Position numbers and translations under genes: made by a program. Source: an uncultured delta proteobacterium (GTDB lineage Bacteria; Desulfobacterota; RBG-13-43-22). Taken from it: a stretch of DNA of 64,000 bases. The stretch is taken from positions 64,001 to 128,000 of the forward strand of contig CAWJJC010000027.1 of assembly GCA_963843145.1 (NCBI GenBank), read 5' to 3'. Below the pieces are notes generated by a model. It was given only the letters and a program-made list of their open reading frames with translations, was not told the origin of the DNA and did not search any database. Shown here piece after piece: positions 18,732 through 29,626 of this stretch (positions are counted from its first letter, which is position 1; each line of letters begins with the position of its first letter).

Positions 18732-21700
18732 TTAATTTAACACATTATCGAGACGGACGGATACCAATTTAGAAATGCCCGGTTGTTCCATGGTAACCCC
18801 ATAGAGAGCGTCAGCCATCTCCATGATCCTCCGGTTGTGGGTGATGAGAATGATCTGAGAGTTATCTACCAGACCGTGGACGAATTTTTTAAAGCGCTCC
18901 ACATTGGCCTCGTCCAGGAAGGCGTCAATTTCATCCAGCAGGCAGAAAGGACTCGGCTTAACCAGATAGATGGAGAAAACCAGGGCCAGGGCCGTCAAGG
19001 CTTTTTCTCCGCCCGAGAGCAACCCCATGCTGGTCAAGCGTTTTCCGGGGGGATGAATAATAATGTCTATTCCGGATTCCAGCGGGTCCTCTTCATTCAC
19101 CAGCGAAAGCTTAGCCGTACCGCCGCCGAACAATACGGGGAAGACCAGTTCCATCTTTTCCTGTATGGCTCTAAAAGTCGACAAAAACAAGTCTTTAGAG
19201 GTGGCATTAATTTTTTGGATGGCCCTTTTCAGGGAATCGATCGATTTCAGCAAATCCTCTTCCTGGGACTGGTAAAAATCATGGCGCTCCTTGAAGGCCT
19301 GGAATTCTTCAATGGCCGTCAAGTTAACCTCTCCGATTTGTTCTATTTTACCTTTCAGTTCTTGTCTTTTCTGCGAGAGGACCGCAAAATCTTCCTCGCT
19401 GGGTCGCGGCCTTTCCAGGATCTCCTCCAGTTCACACCCGAACTGTTCCCGGGTTTTCTCTTTCAAGTGTTCCAGTTTAAGCGCCCCTTGGGCGGCCTGC
19501 AACTGCAATTCATGGTGCCGGGCTTCCAGTTCGCCGATTTGGGATCGTTTATCCCGGGAATCGGTCTCCACCCGATCTTTCTCCTGTTGGTCCTTTTCCC
19601 AAGTCTGCTTCGCCGTCTGGATCAGGGTTTCCAGCCTTTCTAATTCGGTCTGGGAAAGGAGCAGAGCGTCCTGGGTTTCGGCCATTTTGATTTCGAGATC
19701 CTCTCGACGCCGGTCTCCGGCGGACAGCCGATCCGTTAATCGCTGCCGCCGGCTTTGCCTGTCCGCCAGGGCTTCCTGCAGACTGGCCGCTTCTTTGGAG
19801 AGGTGATCCCCTTTTTCTTTGAGGACCGAATACTCGGTGCTGATCCGGGTTAAGACCTCCCGGGCCTCCTCCAAGTTTTTCTCCAGCCGTTTACCCGTTT
19901 CTTCTTCGCCCTGGAGCCTGCTTTTCAGGACGGCGACTTCCTCGTTCAGGGTTTCTTCCTGGGTTCGGTGAATTTCCTCCTCGGAATTTTCAGAAGCCAC
20001 CAGGGACCGGGTTTCTTCTTCTTCGATGGCAATCAGGGTTAGACGGCGTTGCAGGGGTTTGGCCTCTTCCTGATAACCGAACTGGATTTTTTCCAGCTCT
20101 GATTTTCTTTTTTCCGATTCCCGAATTTGGGACGCCAGTTCGGCCAGTTGTTCTTCCAGATCCCGCAGGGCTTCGGCTTGGCCCGCCAAGGCTGCTCGTT
20201 TTTCCCGAACCTGGATTTCCCCGTCTCGAATCTGCCGTTCCAGACGACGGATCAGATTTTTTTGAAAAAGGATCCCGGATTCCGTTTTTCCGGAACTGCC
20301 TCCGGAGATCACTCCGAGGCGACTGATCACATCACCTTCCGGCGTAACCAGCGCGTTTCTCCCTCCCCGTTCTTCCCAAAGCTTCAACCCCTGATCCAGG
20401 TCGGGAACCAGTAGAAACTCACCCAAGAGGTGCTGCACCCAGGATTGCAGTTCAGCTTTCACGACCACTTTGGAGATTAAAGGCTGAAACCCATTGCCCG
20501 GAAAAACGGGGTCAGCGCCTTCCTCCGCCTCGGCCGGCTGGGATTGATTCAACAAGAGAAAAGTGGCCTTTCCGGCCTGGGCGCCTCTGAGTTGCCGGAT
20601 GCCCTCCAGCGCTTCCCCCTGATCTTGAACGATGACGGCTTGCAGGCTTTCTCCCAGGGCCGCTTCCACGGCGGCTTCGTACCCGGGTTCGGTCTCTATC
20701 CCCTCGGCCAGCAGGCGAACCCGCTTCTTTCCTTCTTCGTCTCCGGTCGGGTGCTTGCGCTGCAGCAGGGAACGGACGCCGTTCTGATAACTCTGATAAT
20801 TATCCCGAATCTGCTGGAGGTTTTTGATTTGTCCCTGATCCTGGAGAAGAAGCCGTTCCAGTTCCTGGAGCTCCCCTTCGATCTCTTTGCGGATTTCAAC
20901 CTGCTCCCCCTGCCCTACTCGTTTTTGCTCCAGATCCGCTCGCAGGTCTTCGATGGTTTTTTGTTCTCGATTGATTTTTTCGGTCGCTTCCGTGGAAAGG
21001 CGATTCAGGTGTTCCCGGCGTTCGTTCAACTGGTCGCGTTCTTCCTCCTGCCGGGCCAGACGAAGATTTCGATCTTCTCGGAGTTTGATCAGTCCCAGTC
21101 GAAGATTACGAATCCGGGTCTGCTCCGACAAGGAATTCAGCAGGTGATCTTTGTTGCTTTCCAATTCCTGCTGATGGGAATGGTGTTCGCTTTTCAAGCG
21201 ATTCACCGTCCCCTCCTGAAGGGTTACCCGTTCTTGTTCTTGCTGCAACCGTTCTTTAAAGGACTGCAAGGCTTCCTTCAGGGTCTGCGCTTCGATCTCT
21301 TTGTCCTGAAGCCAAGCTTGGATTTCCTTAAGCTCCTGCCCGGTCTCCAAACGTTCCCGTTCCAAGTCTCCCAGTTCCCGTTGAAGCTGTTGGAGGAAGC
21401 TTTCCTGTTTTTCCCGGGACCCTTTTTGCTGATAGTACTGTTCCTGGAGGACTTTTAAACTCCGATCGGTTTCGCCAAGCTGCGTTTGAATCTGCTGAAG
21501 GCGATTTTGAATGGCCGTCATTTCATCTTTCGAGGTCTGCAATTGTCCCTGCTGAAGATCCAATTCCCGTTCCAGCCGGGCTTTTTCTTCCTGGATCTCA
21601 CCATAATCCCGGAGGGTCAGTGTCAGCTCGATTTCCTTCAAGGCCAGCCGGGCTTCCTTGAACCGTTCGGCCTTTTTGGCCTGACGGTAAAGGGAATTCA

Positions 21701-22313
21701 TTTGCCGTTTGACTTCGGCGATCACGTCCCCGACCCGTAACATATTTTGCTGGGTTGACTCCAGCTTACGCAGGGTTTCCTGTTTTCGGTGTTTATATTT
21801 AGAGATGCCGGCGGCTTCTTCGATCCAGTGCCGGCGGTCCTCCGGTTTAGAATCGATAATCGCCCCTACCCGACCCTGTTCAATAACGGCGTACGCCCGG
21901 CTGCCTACTCCGGTGCCCATAAACAGGTGGGATATGTCTTTCAAGCGGCAGTTTTGATTGTTGATGGCGTATTCGCTTTCCCCGTCTCGGAAAAGCCGCC
22001 GGGTAATGACCACTTCGCTGAAGCCGGCCATTTCCGGGGGAAAGGAGCCATTGTCATTGTCCAGGACCAGGGACACCTCGGCCATGCCGACCGAAGATTT
22101 GCCGTTGGAACCGGCGAAGATGACATCCTCCATCCCTTTTCCCCGAAGCTGTCTAGGGCTTTGTTCCCCCATGACCCATTTGATGGCGTCCACGATATTG
22201 CTTTTGCCGCAACCGTTGGGCCCAACCACCCCGCTGATCCCCTTGGGGAAAGGGATGATCGTTTTTTCGGGGAAAGACTTAAAACCGTTCAATTCAAGGC
22301 GTTTGATTCTCAT
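18732..22313 (-). CDS. smc: Chromosome segregation protein SMC
   Basis: GFKSF, GPNGCGKSN, coiled coils with a hinge, LSGGE, LLDEIDAFLD. Confidence 0.96.
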   Translation of the reverse strand: MRIKRLELNGFKSFPEKTIIPFPKGISGVVGPNGCGKSNIVDAIKWVMGEQSPRQLRGKGMEDVIFAGSNGKSSVGMAEVSLVLDNDNGSFPPEMAGFSEVVITRRLFRDGESEYAINNQNCRLKDISHLFMGTGVGSRAYAVIEQGRVGAIIDSKPEDRRHWIEEAAGISKYKHRKQETLRKLESTQQNMLRVGDVIAEVKRQMNSLYRQAKKAERFKEARLALKEIELTLTLRDYGEIQEEKARLERELDLQQGQLQTSKDEMTAIQNRLQQIQTQLGETDRSLKVLQEQYYQQKGSREKQESFLQQLQRELGDLERERLETGQELKEIQAWLQDKEIEAQTLKEALQSFKERLQQEQERVTLQEGTVNRLKSEHHSHQQELESNKDHLLNSLSEQTRIRNLRLGLIKLREDRNLRLARQEEERDQLNERREHLNRLSTEATEKINREQKTIEDLRADLEQKRVGQGEQVEIRKEIEGELQELERLLLQDQGQIKNLQQIRDNYQSYQNGVRSLLQRKHPTGDEEGKKRVRLLAEGIETEPGYEAAVEAALGESLQAVIVQDQGEALEGIRQLRGAQAGKATFLLLNQSQPAEAEEGADPVFPGNGFQPLISKVVVKAELQSWVQHLLGEFLLVPDLDQGLKLWEERGGRNALVTPEGDVISRLGVISGGSSGKTESGILFQKNLIRRLERQIRDGEIQVREKRAALAGQAEALRDLEEQLAELASQIRESEKRKSELEKIQFGYQEEAKPLQRRLTLIAIEEEETRSLVASENSEEEIHRTQEETLNEEVAVLKSRLQGEEETGKRLEKNLEEAREVLTRISTEYSVLKEKGDHLSKEAASLQEALADRQSRRQRLTDRLSAGDRRREDLEIKMAETQDALLLSQTELERLETLIQTAKQTWEKDQQEKDRVETDSRDKRSQIGELEARHHELQLQAAQGALKLEHLKEKTREQFGCELEEILERPRPSEEDFAVLSQKRQELKGKIEQIGEVNLTAIEEFQAFKERHDFYQSQEEDLLKSIDSLKRAIQKINATSKDLFLSTFRAIQEKMELVFPVLFGGGTAKLSLVNEEDPLESGIDIIIHPPGKRLTSMGLLSGGEKALTALALVFSIYLVKPSPFCLLDEIDAFLDEANVERFKKFVHGLVDNSQIILITHNRRIMEMADALYGVTMEQPGISKLVSVRLDNVLN

Positions 22314-22357
22314 GGAGGCTATTGTAACGGGAGCAATCCGGAGATGTAAAGAAAAAA

Positions 22358-22404
22358 ATACTATAAGGGGTATTAGGATAAACCTAGGCTACCATATATA
22401 GTAG
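22358..22404. promoter_or_regulatory. Tandem NrdR-box-like palindromes upstream of smc
   Basis: atactataaggggtat (22358-22373) and ctaccatatatagtag (22389-22404), offset by 31 bp. Confidence 0.6.
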
Positions 22405-22625
22405 TCGTTCTGGGGGGTTCTCCAGGAGGGGCAAGGATCGAGCATGGGGAAGGGGAGGCCATTACTCCCCCCTCCCGATGTCCGGGCGGGCACTCCTTGG
22501 ACTCAAAATAAAGGGGCATGCATATTCCTAACTTGTTGACTTTAATAATCAATAATCAATTATTCCTTGTCAATTAACAATTGATTATTGATTATTGGCT
22601 CTGGTACAGGTTTAGGCGTTTACTT

Positions 22626-24698
22626 TTACATTAATGAAAACAAGGCAAAACGATTAAAAAGGGAGGTCAATCCCAAGAGCAGGGCCAAGCGGTTGTTTTT
22701 TATTTTTTCGTCCGGAGCCATGACCAAGACCTGCTCAAAGAACCGGTCTATATAGGGTCTTAACTTTGCAAGATCTTGTAAATATTCATTGTAATGTCTA
22801 TTTTCGATAAGTTGATTTAAGTTTTGTTTGTTTTCTTTTATTTTTTCATATAATTGAATTTCTGCTTCTTCTTGAAATAAATTCTCCCCAACGGCTCCTA
22901 TCAAAGTGTAATCAATACCTTTAAGTATATTTAACGCTCTCTTACATCCGATAGTTAATGAAGAAAATTCGATATTATTTTGAAATTGACTTAAGGCCCG
23001 GCTACGAAGCCGAACCTCGTTCAGGTCATGCCAGCCGGCGGCCAGGACGGCTTCGACTACTTCTTTTTTGTGTCCTTCGGAAGTTAATAAATATTCCAGG
23101 CGCAGGGCGAAAAAATCTAAAAGGTTTTCTTTGACCCTTCCGGGTTCCAGGACCGAATTCGCGGGGTAAAGGGAGAGCGCCTGGTCCAGCGCCTTTCCCA
23201 AGGAAAAACCATAGTCCCTGGCCCAGGTGATCAGGATGATCCCCTGAGCCTGACGGCGCAGGGCATAAGGATCGGCCGACCCGCTGGGAATCTGGTTTAA
23301 ACTGAAGAAGCCGGCCAGGGTATCCAATCGGTCGGCCAAACCGACCAAAGCCCCGGTATCTGAAGCGGGAGGGGGGTCCTGGGCGGATAGCGGAAGGTAG
23401 TGCTCAAAAATGCCCTGAGCAACTTCGGGGTCTTCTCCTGCCAGCCGGGCATACTCGCGGCCCATAACGCCCTGCAGACTGGGAAACTCTCCGACCATGT
23501 GGCTGGTGAGGTCGGCCTTGGCCAGCCGCGCGCACCGTTTGACCAGGGCTTCTTTTTCCGGGACCAGAAGCCGGGCCAAATAGGCGGCCAGTTCGGTTAC
23601 CCGTTCCACCTTTTCATAAGAAGTGCCCAATTGGGAATGAAAAATGACTCCCCGGAGCCGTTCAACTTTTCCTTCCAGAGGTTGCTTGGTGTCCTCCTGA
23701 TAAAAAAAACGGGCATCGGAAAGGCGGGCACGAAGGACCTTTTCATGGCCGCGAATGACCCGCTGTTCGTCTGTAACCTGAGTATTGTTGACGGCAATAA
23801 ACCGGTTGATCAGCTTATCCCCTTCGTTGACCAGGGGAAAATAACGCTGGTGCTCTTTCATGGAGGTCACTAGAACCTCGGCGGGAAGCTTAAGAAAATC
23901 CGGATCGAATTGTCCGGTAACGGGCACCGGCCACTCCACCAGGTTGGTTACTTCTTCCAAAAGCTGTTGATCGATCAGGACACGCCCCCCGACCCGGCGG
24001 GCCTGGGATTCCAATTCCCTGGATAAAATGGACCTTCGTTCCTGGGGGTCGACGACCACTTTCCCGGAAAGGAGGCGCTCCGGATAATCACCGGCCTTGG
24101 TCAGGGAAAGGGGCCCGGGGGCCATGAACCGGTGCCCATAGGTTTGGCGGCCGCTGGCGATTCCCTCCAGACTGAAGGGGATCACCTCGGCGCCGTAGAG
24201 GGCCGCTATCCAATGGATGGGACGGGCAAAGCGCAGGCTCGACCTGCCCCAACGCATGTTTTTAGGAAAAGTTAAATCCAGGATAAGTTGCGGAAGCAAT
24301 TCGGGTAGAACGACGGAGGCGCCACGACCGCTGATTTTCTTCTTCAACCCCAAATAAACCCCCTTGGGGGTTTCCAGGAGGCTGAGATCCTCCACGGAAA
24401 CTCCTTTGGCCCGGGCGAACCCCAGGGCCACTTTGGTCGGATGCCCATCGTCTCCGAAGGCCGCCGAACGGGGTGGGCCGATTATAATTTCCTCCTGGTC
24501 GGACTGAATCGGTTCCAGTTCGAAAACCAACAGGGCCAGCCTCCGGGGGGTGCCGAAGGTCTTTATTTCCCGAAAAGGCAAGCGGGCCTGCTGAAGTCGT
24601 TCCTCCGCCAGCCGCCGGAGGGATTCCAAGGCCCCGAGAATAAAGCGGGCGGGAATTTCTTCGGTGCCGATTTCCAATAGCAGATCTTGAGCCATCAT
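22626..24698 (-). CDS. glyS: Glycine--tRNA ligase beta subunit
   Basis: LLEIGTEEIPA, TPRRL, MRWG, FARPIHW, GHRF, ARLSDARFF, GSADPYALRR, NNRL. Confidence 0.95.
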   Translation of the reverse strand: MMAQDLLLEIGTEEIPARFILGALESLRRLAEERLQQARLPFREIKTFGTPRRLALLVFELEPIQSDQEEIIIGPPRSAAFGDDGHPTKVALGFARAKGVSVEDLSLLETPKGVYLGLKKKISGRGASVVLPELLPQLILDLTFPKNMRWGRSSLRFARPIHWIAALYGAEVIPFSLEGIASGRQTYGHRFMAPGPLSLTKAGDYPERLLSGKVVVDPQERRSILSRELESQARRVGGRVLIDQQLLEEVTNLVEWPVPVTGQFDPDFLKLPAEVLVTSMKEHQRYFPLVNEGDKLINRFIAVNNTQVTDEQRVIRGHEKVLRARLSDARFFYQEDTKQPLEGKVERLRGVIFHSQLGTSYEKVERVTELAAYLARLLVPEKEALVKRCARLAKADLTSHMVGEFPSLQGVMGREYARLAGEDPEVAQGIFEHYLPLSAQDPPPASDTGALVGLADRLDTLAGFFSLNQIPSGSADPYALRRQAQGIILITWARDYGFSLGKALDQALSLYPANSVLEPGRVKENLLDFFALRLEYLLTSEGHKKEVVEAVLAAGWHDLNEVRLRSRALSQFQNNIEFSSLTIGCKRALNILKGIDYTLIGAVGENLFQEEAEIQLYEKIKENKQNLNQLIENRHYNEYLQDLAKLRPYIDRFFEQVLVMAPDEKIKNNRLALLLGLTSLFNRFALFSLM

Positions 24699-24723
24699 CT
24701 TCTCTTCTTCCTGAATTTTCATT

Positions 24724-24995
24724 TAACTCCCAGGCCCGGAGCGGGCACCCCGAAGGATGAAAATTTATGTTCATTCAATTTGTTAGGTCGTCATTCCGGC
24801 GAACGCCCTTCGGCTAGCTCAGGGCCATGAGCATTGTCGAATGGCCGGAATCCAGGGCAGTGAAGGTCCTGGGTCCTCTGGATCCCGGATCGAGTCCGGG
24901 ATGACGGCAAAAACAAAACGCCTAAAAAGCGGTGGTCGATTCTTATTTAAAGACTAAACCCGCCGGCTACGCGGGACACCCGCGAAGCAGGAAAA
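24724..24995. repeat. Cluster of intergenic repeats: two ggcacccc-gaagcatgaaaa-type copies flanking a CGTC-type palindrome (24789-24906) that contains a nested hairpin element
   Basis: cgtcattccggcgaa[cgcccttcggctagctcagggccatgagcattgtcgaatg]gccggaatccag...ctggatcccggatcgagtccgggatgacg. Confidence 0.7.
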
Positions 24996-25074
24996 CAAAA
25001 GGGGCGAGAGAACAGCTTAACCGAGCGATACTAATAATTAATAATCAATAATCAATAATTAATTGTTAATTAAT

Positions 25075-25570
25075 CGTCAGGGGCTGACTCATCGTCGAAC
25101 AGGGCGATATGAAGCCAAAGGGAAGCCCTATCCGAAACTTCCTTCGCTGCTACCGAATCAAACCCATCAGGGTGATTGGGTCGGTCCGTGTTATCTAAAG
25201 GACCCCCTACGCTTTTATAGCCTCAATATAGTCGATACGGCTACGGAACGTTGTGGACTACACCCTTCGGTCTCCAAGGCGGGCCAGCAGGTTATAGACG
25301 CCATCTGGGCGATTTGGAAACGTCTGGGGATACCGGACAACCTTCAGATCGAAAATGAAATGTCCTTTTAGGGCAGTCCTGTCCACCCTCGTGGTATGGG
25401 GCTGCTGATCCGGTTGTGCTTGCATAACGGAGTCGAACCGTGGTTCATACCCATGGGGGAACCCTGGCGCAATGGGATCGTGGAGAAGTTCAACGACCGT
25501 TACGAACAACGGTTTCTCAACAAGATCACCATGGGCAAGATCCCGGAGCTGCTCTCCGGATCCCTGGCTG
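25075..25570 (+). mobile_element. Transposase remnant (rve/DDE integrase core, IS481/IS3-like)
   Basis: HQGDWVGP..FYSLNIVD...WKRLGIPDNLQIEN..F*G...FIPMGEPWRNGIVEKFN. In-frame TAG at 25369, both ends missing. Confidence 0.75.
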
Positions 25571-25579
25571 AATTAATTA

Positions 25580-26458
25580 TTAGGATGACTCCTCAAGCAA
25601 GGGAAACCCCAGGGCCTCTCTCAACGCCAGATAGGACTGAGCTACCAGGCGGGCCATGTCCCGAACCCGGGCGATATAGCCGGTCCTCTCGGTAACGCTG
25701 ATCGCACCCCGGGCCTCCAGGATATTAAAGGCATGGGAACACTTTAAACAAAAATCGTAGGCCGGCAAGGGCAATTTCAAGTTCACCAGACGGTGGCATT
25801 CCTGTTCGTAGGATCGAAAACTTTCCCGGAGTTGTTCCACGTCGGCCTGGTCAAAATTATAGGTGGAAAATTCAACTTCCGATCGGTGATGGACTTCGCG
25901 GTACGTCACCTCGCGGTTCCACTTTAAATCGTAGACATTATCCACCTCCTGGAGATACATGGCGATCCGTTCCAGACCGTAGGTCAATTCCACTGAAATG
26001 GGGGCCAGGTCGATCCCCCCGCATTGTTGAAAGTAGGTGAATTGGGTGATCTCCATGCCGTCCAGCCAGACCTCCCAACCCAACCCCCAGGCCCCCAGGG
26101 TGGGTGATTCCCAATCGTCCTCCACAAAACGCAGGTCATGGTCTAAGGCCCGGATGCCAAAACTCTCCAGGCTTTTCAAGTAAAGGTCCTGCACTTCCAG
26201 CGGTGAAGGTTTGAGGAGTACCTGATACTGGTAATAGTGCTGCAAGCGGTTGGGATTTTCCCCGTAACGGCCGTCGGTCGGACGGCGGGAAGGCTGCACA
26301 TAAGCCGCCTTCCAGGGTTCGGGTCCCAGAGACCTTAGAAAGGTGGCCGGGTGAAAGGTACCGGCCCCGACTTCCACATCATAAGGTTGCAGGAGCAGAC
26401 AACCCTGGTCCGCCCAATACCGGTTTAGCGATTGAATAAGATCCTGAAAGGTCAGCAC
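25580..26458 (-). CDS. glyQ: Glycine--tRNA ligase alpha subunit
   Basis: [39 protein letters not shown]. Confidence 0.97.
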   Translation of the reverse strand: MLTFQDLIQSLNRYWADQGCLLLQPYDVEVGAGTFHPATFLRSLGPEPWKAAYVQPSRRPTDGRYGENPNRLQHYYQYQVLLKPSPLEVQDLYLKSLESFGIRALDHDLRFVEDDWESPTLGAWGLGWEVWLDGMEITQFTYFQQCGGIDLAPISVELTYGLERIAMYLQEVDNVYDLKWNREVTYREVHHRSEVEFSTYNFDQADVEQLRESFRSYEQECHRLVNLKLPLPAYDFCLKCSHAFNILEARGAISVTERTGYIARVRDMARLVAQSYLALREALGFPLLEESS

Positions 26459-26476
26459 GCTACCTCCTTAAACGGT

Positions 26477-27238
26477 CTAGCGGTAGGGTTCCTGGATTTG
26501 CCGGAGGACCCGGGCAGAGCCCAGCTCCCGGCCCAGAACCTGATAACGAAATTTTTCCAACAGCGTTTCAATCTCCGCCCGGGTTCCGGTGGTAAACCGC
26601 AGGCGCAGGGCCTGACGCAGTTCCATCCGGTTCGCCTGTCGTAAACTTTGGAGGGCCCCCGGCGACAACGATATTCCGCTCTGTCCGTCGGTGCATTCCC
26701 GGCACTGCAGCCTTCCCGGGCCCGGCAAAAATACGGCCTTTTGCATCTCCGCTCCCCTTTTCCCACAGGCTTGGCAGGCTTCAAAAGAGAGTCCGTAGCC
26801 CGCCAATTGGAGCAGCTTCAACTGAAAAAGCGGGCCAATTTCCGGATCCCCTTTTTCCCGATCCAGAATTTCCAAGGTGTCGCGCAACAGCGCATAGGTC
26901 GGCTGGTTGGGGTCTTTCACCGGGACCAGTTCCTGGATCAATTCACAGGCGAAGGCCGCCAACCCCCATTTTCGGAAATCGCTGCGGATTCCGTTAAAAG
27001 GTTCGATCAATTCACCGGAATCGATTCGCATCCAAACATTGGAGGGTTTTTCAAAAAGTTCCAATCGGGACCGGCTGAGCGGCTCCAGGCAGTGGATGAA
27101 ACGTTTTTTACTTTTCTTGGCCCCTTTGGCGATTCCTTTTAACCGCCCCAGCGAGGGACAGAGAAAGTCTACCAGCAGATCCGACTCACCAGCCGGTTTT
27201 TGCTGGAGGACAATGACCTCGCTGGACAGGGCGGGCAT
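26477..27238 (-). CDS. recO: DNA repair protein RecO
   Basis: GESDLLV, AKGAKKSKKRF, zinc-finger CxxC pairs, recO-glyQ synteny. Start taken at ATG 27238. Confidence 0.9.
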   Translation of the reverse strand: MPALSSEVIVLQQKPAGESDLLVDFLCPSLGRLKGIAKGAKKSKKRFIHCLEPLSRSRLELFEKPSNVWMRIDSGELIEPFNGIRSDFRKWGLAAFACELIQELVPVKDPNQPTYALLRDTLEILDREKGDPEIGPLFQLKLLQLAGYGLSFEACQACGKRGAEMQKAVFLPGPGRLQCRECTDGQSGISLSPGALQSLRQANRMELRQALRLRFTTGTRAEIETLLEKFRYQVLGRELGSARVLRQIQEPYR

Positions 27239-27287
27239 GATTCGATTCCTACATTCCTTTTCAGCCAAAAATTTCCAAAATTTTTGG

Positions 27288-28580
27288 CTAGGGGTAAATC
27301 CGATACAGGGTTCGGGGAAAGGGAATGGTCTCCCGGACATGTTTCAACCCGCAAAGCCAAGCCACCATCCGTTCCAAACCCATCCCGAATCCCCCGTGCG
27401 GAACCGAGCCAAAGCGGCGAAGATCCAAATACCAACCCAAGTCCGATTCTGAAAGGCCGTGTTCGGCCAGGCGTTGAGACAAGCGTCCCGCGTCTTCCTC
27501 CCGCTGTGAGCCACCCACTACTTCCCCGTATCCTTCCGGGGCCAGGAGATCCATATTTAAAACCAGCCGATCATCCAGGGGATCTCGTTTCATATAAAAG
27601 GCTTTACAGGCCGCCGGGTAGCGGTGAATAAAAAGGGGCTGCTCATAACAACGGGAAAGTTCCGTCTCATCGTCCGCGCCCAGATCCTCCCCAAAGGCCA
27701 CGGCTATTCCTTTATCCCGCAAGGTCTTCAGCGCCTCCTGATAGGTCAGGCGAGGAAAGGGGCGGGTAATCTTTTCCAGGGGCTCCACTTGGCGTTCCAA
27801 TTGCTGGAGCTCCTCCCGGCGGGTCAAAAGCAATCGAGTCACCAGGAAACAGACCATTTCTTCCACCAGTTCCATCAGTTCTTCCAACTGGGCAAAAGCC
27901 ATTTCCGGTTCCACCATCCAGAATTCGGTCAGATGGCGTCGGGTTTTCGATTTTTCCGCTCGAAAAGCCGGGCCGAAACAATAGACCTTTCCAAAAGCCA
28001 TGGCCCCGGCTTCCATATACAGTTGGCCGCTTTGCGACAAATAGGCCGGGCCCAGATCAAAGTACCGCGTTTCAAAAAGAGTGCTGGTGCCTTCGCAGGC
28101 CGCTCCGGTCAGGATCGGGGCCGTCAGTTCAATGAACCCCCGGTCGTTTAAGAAATCCCGAATGGCTCGAGAAATTTCATGCCGGATTTTTAGAATGGCC
28201 TGCTGGCGGGAAGAGCGCAGCCAAAGATGACGATGCTCCATTAGGAAGGCCGTGCCGTGGTCCTTGGGGGTAATGGGGTAATCCTGGGCCCGTTGAAAAA
28301 TGGTAAGATCCTGGATTTCCATTTCCACCCCTCCCGGGGCTCGCGGGTCGGCCCGCAGAATCCCGGTGAGCCGCAAGGAGGATTCAATGGTCAGTTGATC
28401 AAAAATTTGGATGATTTCGGGCGCCGCCTGTTCGGTCACCAATACCCCCTGCAATAATCCGCTGCCGTCCCGCAAAACCAGAAAACGGACTCGGCCGCTG
28501 GATCGTTTATGGGTCACCCAACCTTGAACAGTGACGGTTTGATTCAGGTATTGCGGTCCCTGGCGGATGGAAATGATCAT
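27288..28580 (-). CDS. asnS: Asparagine--tRNA ligase
   Basis: OB fold with [49 protein letters not shown]. Confidence 0.92.
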   Translation of the reverse strand: MIISIRQGPQYLNQTVTVQGWVTHKRSSGRVRFLVLRDGSGLLQGVLVTEQAAPEIIQIFDQLTIESSLRLTGILRADPRAPGGVEMEIQDLTIFQRAQDYPITPKDHGTAFLMEHRHLWLRSSRQQAILKIRHEISRAIRDFLNDRGFIELTAPILTGAACEGTSTLFETRYFDLGPAYLSQSGQLYMEAGAMAFGKVYCFGPAFRAEKSKTRRHLTEFWMVEPEMAFAQLEELMELVEEMVCFLVTRLLLTRREELQQLERQVEPLEKITRPFPRLTYQEALKTLRDKGIAVAFGEDLGADDETELSRCYEQPLFIHRYPAACKAFYMKRDPLDDRLVLNMDLLAPEGYGEVVGGSQREEDAGRLSQRLAEHGLSESDLGWYLDLRRFGSVPHGGFGMGLERMVAWLCGLKHVRETIPFPRTLYRIYP

Positions 28581-28594
28581 GGTGGAGAGATTCT

Positions 28595-29626
28595 TTAGAG
28601 CAGGATCTGGATGGAGGTACGTTCCCGCAATTTGAGCAGCCACTGCCCGGCCCGAGCCTCGACCTCCTCCTGATAAAGCATTTCCTGAATCTTGTCCCGG
28701 ACCTCTTCGAGGCCTTGGGCTTGGGTGGTCTCCCGTTTCACCAATTGAACCAGCCGCCAGCCTTCGGGGAGGCTCAGCACCGGGGTGGTTTCGCCGGGTT
28801 TAAGGGGAGCCAGGGCTTGCGCTAAAGAGGAATCGATCTCCGACAAGGGGAAAAAACCCAAATCCCCCCCCTGGGGGGCGGAAGCATCCCGGGAGAATTT
28901 CTGGGCCAGGGAGGCGAAAGGTTCCCCTTGCCGGAGGAGAGCGGCGATTTCCTCGATTCGGGCTTTGGCGGCCTCCGGGCTGGGATAATCGGCGTTTAAG
29001 ATGGTGATCTGGGCCAAATGGAGCCGCTCCCCCCCTTCAAATTTGGATCTATTTTTCTGGTAGTAGGCGTCGATTTGGTCCTTGGAAAAAATGAGTTTAC
29101 TGCCGACCTCGCGACTGATCAGCTTGAAACGTAAAATCTGATCTTTCAGCCGCGCGCGCAGATCCGTCTCCTTCAGCCCCTCCCGAGCCAGAGCGGCGTC
29201 GAATTCCTGATCGCTTTTCATCCCCTGATCCTGCCGAATCCGGGCGATGGCCTTATCTATTTCTTCCTTGCTGACCTGCAGATTGAGTTTCCGGATCTGG
29301 ACGGCCAATAATTTTTCGTCGATTAGTTGGAAGAGGACCTGTTTTTGGATCTCCGGGTTGTTGGGCGTTCCGGGGGGCAGGACCTCGGCCATCTTTTTTT
29401 CCAATTCCAGCCAGGTAATAATTTCGTTGTTGACCACCGCCACTATGCGATCGGCCACCTCGGCCCGCACGGCGACCGGTGAACCCCACAAAATCAGAAA
29501 AGCCGCGGTCAGGGAGCAGACCGCGAGGATATTGCTTTTCCGTCGGAATCGCAAAAAAGAAGGCCCTGCCGACCAGGGCCTTCCCCAGGTCGACTGTCTG
29601 AACCGGCAACTAATCAGCAATTTCAT
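28595..29626 (-). CDS. SurA-like parvulin peptidyl-prolyl isomerase
   Basis: [13 protein letters not shown] (SurA N-domain) and [18 protein letters not shown] (rotamase). Start uncertain. Confidence 0.88.
   Translation of the reverse strand: MKLLISCRFRQSTWGRPWSAGPSFLRFRRKSNILAVCSLTAAFLILWGSPVAVRAEVADRIVAVVNNEIITWLELEKKMAEVLPPGTPNNPEIQKQVLFQLIDEKLLAVQIRKLNLQVSKEEIDKAIARIRQDQGMKSDQEFDAALAREGLKETDLRARLKDQILRFKLISREVGSKLIFSKDQIDAYYQKNRSKFEGGERLHLAQITILNADYPSPEAAKARIEEIAALLRQGEPFASLAQKFSRDASAPQGGDLGFFPLSEIDSSLAQALAPLKPGETTPVLSLPEGWRLVQLVKRETTQAQGLEEVRDKIQEMLYQEEVEARAGQWLLKLRERTSIQILL

Noticed and set aside
18732-22313. SMC as the missing DndD or a Wadjet subunit
   Set aside because: It is a full-length canonical SMC with a hinge in the usual smc-ftsY context.
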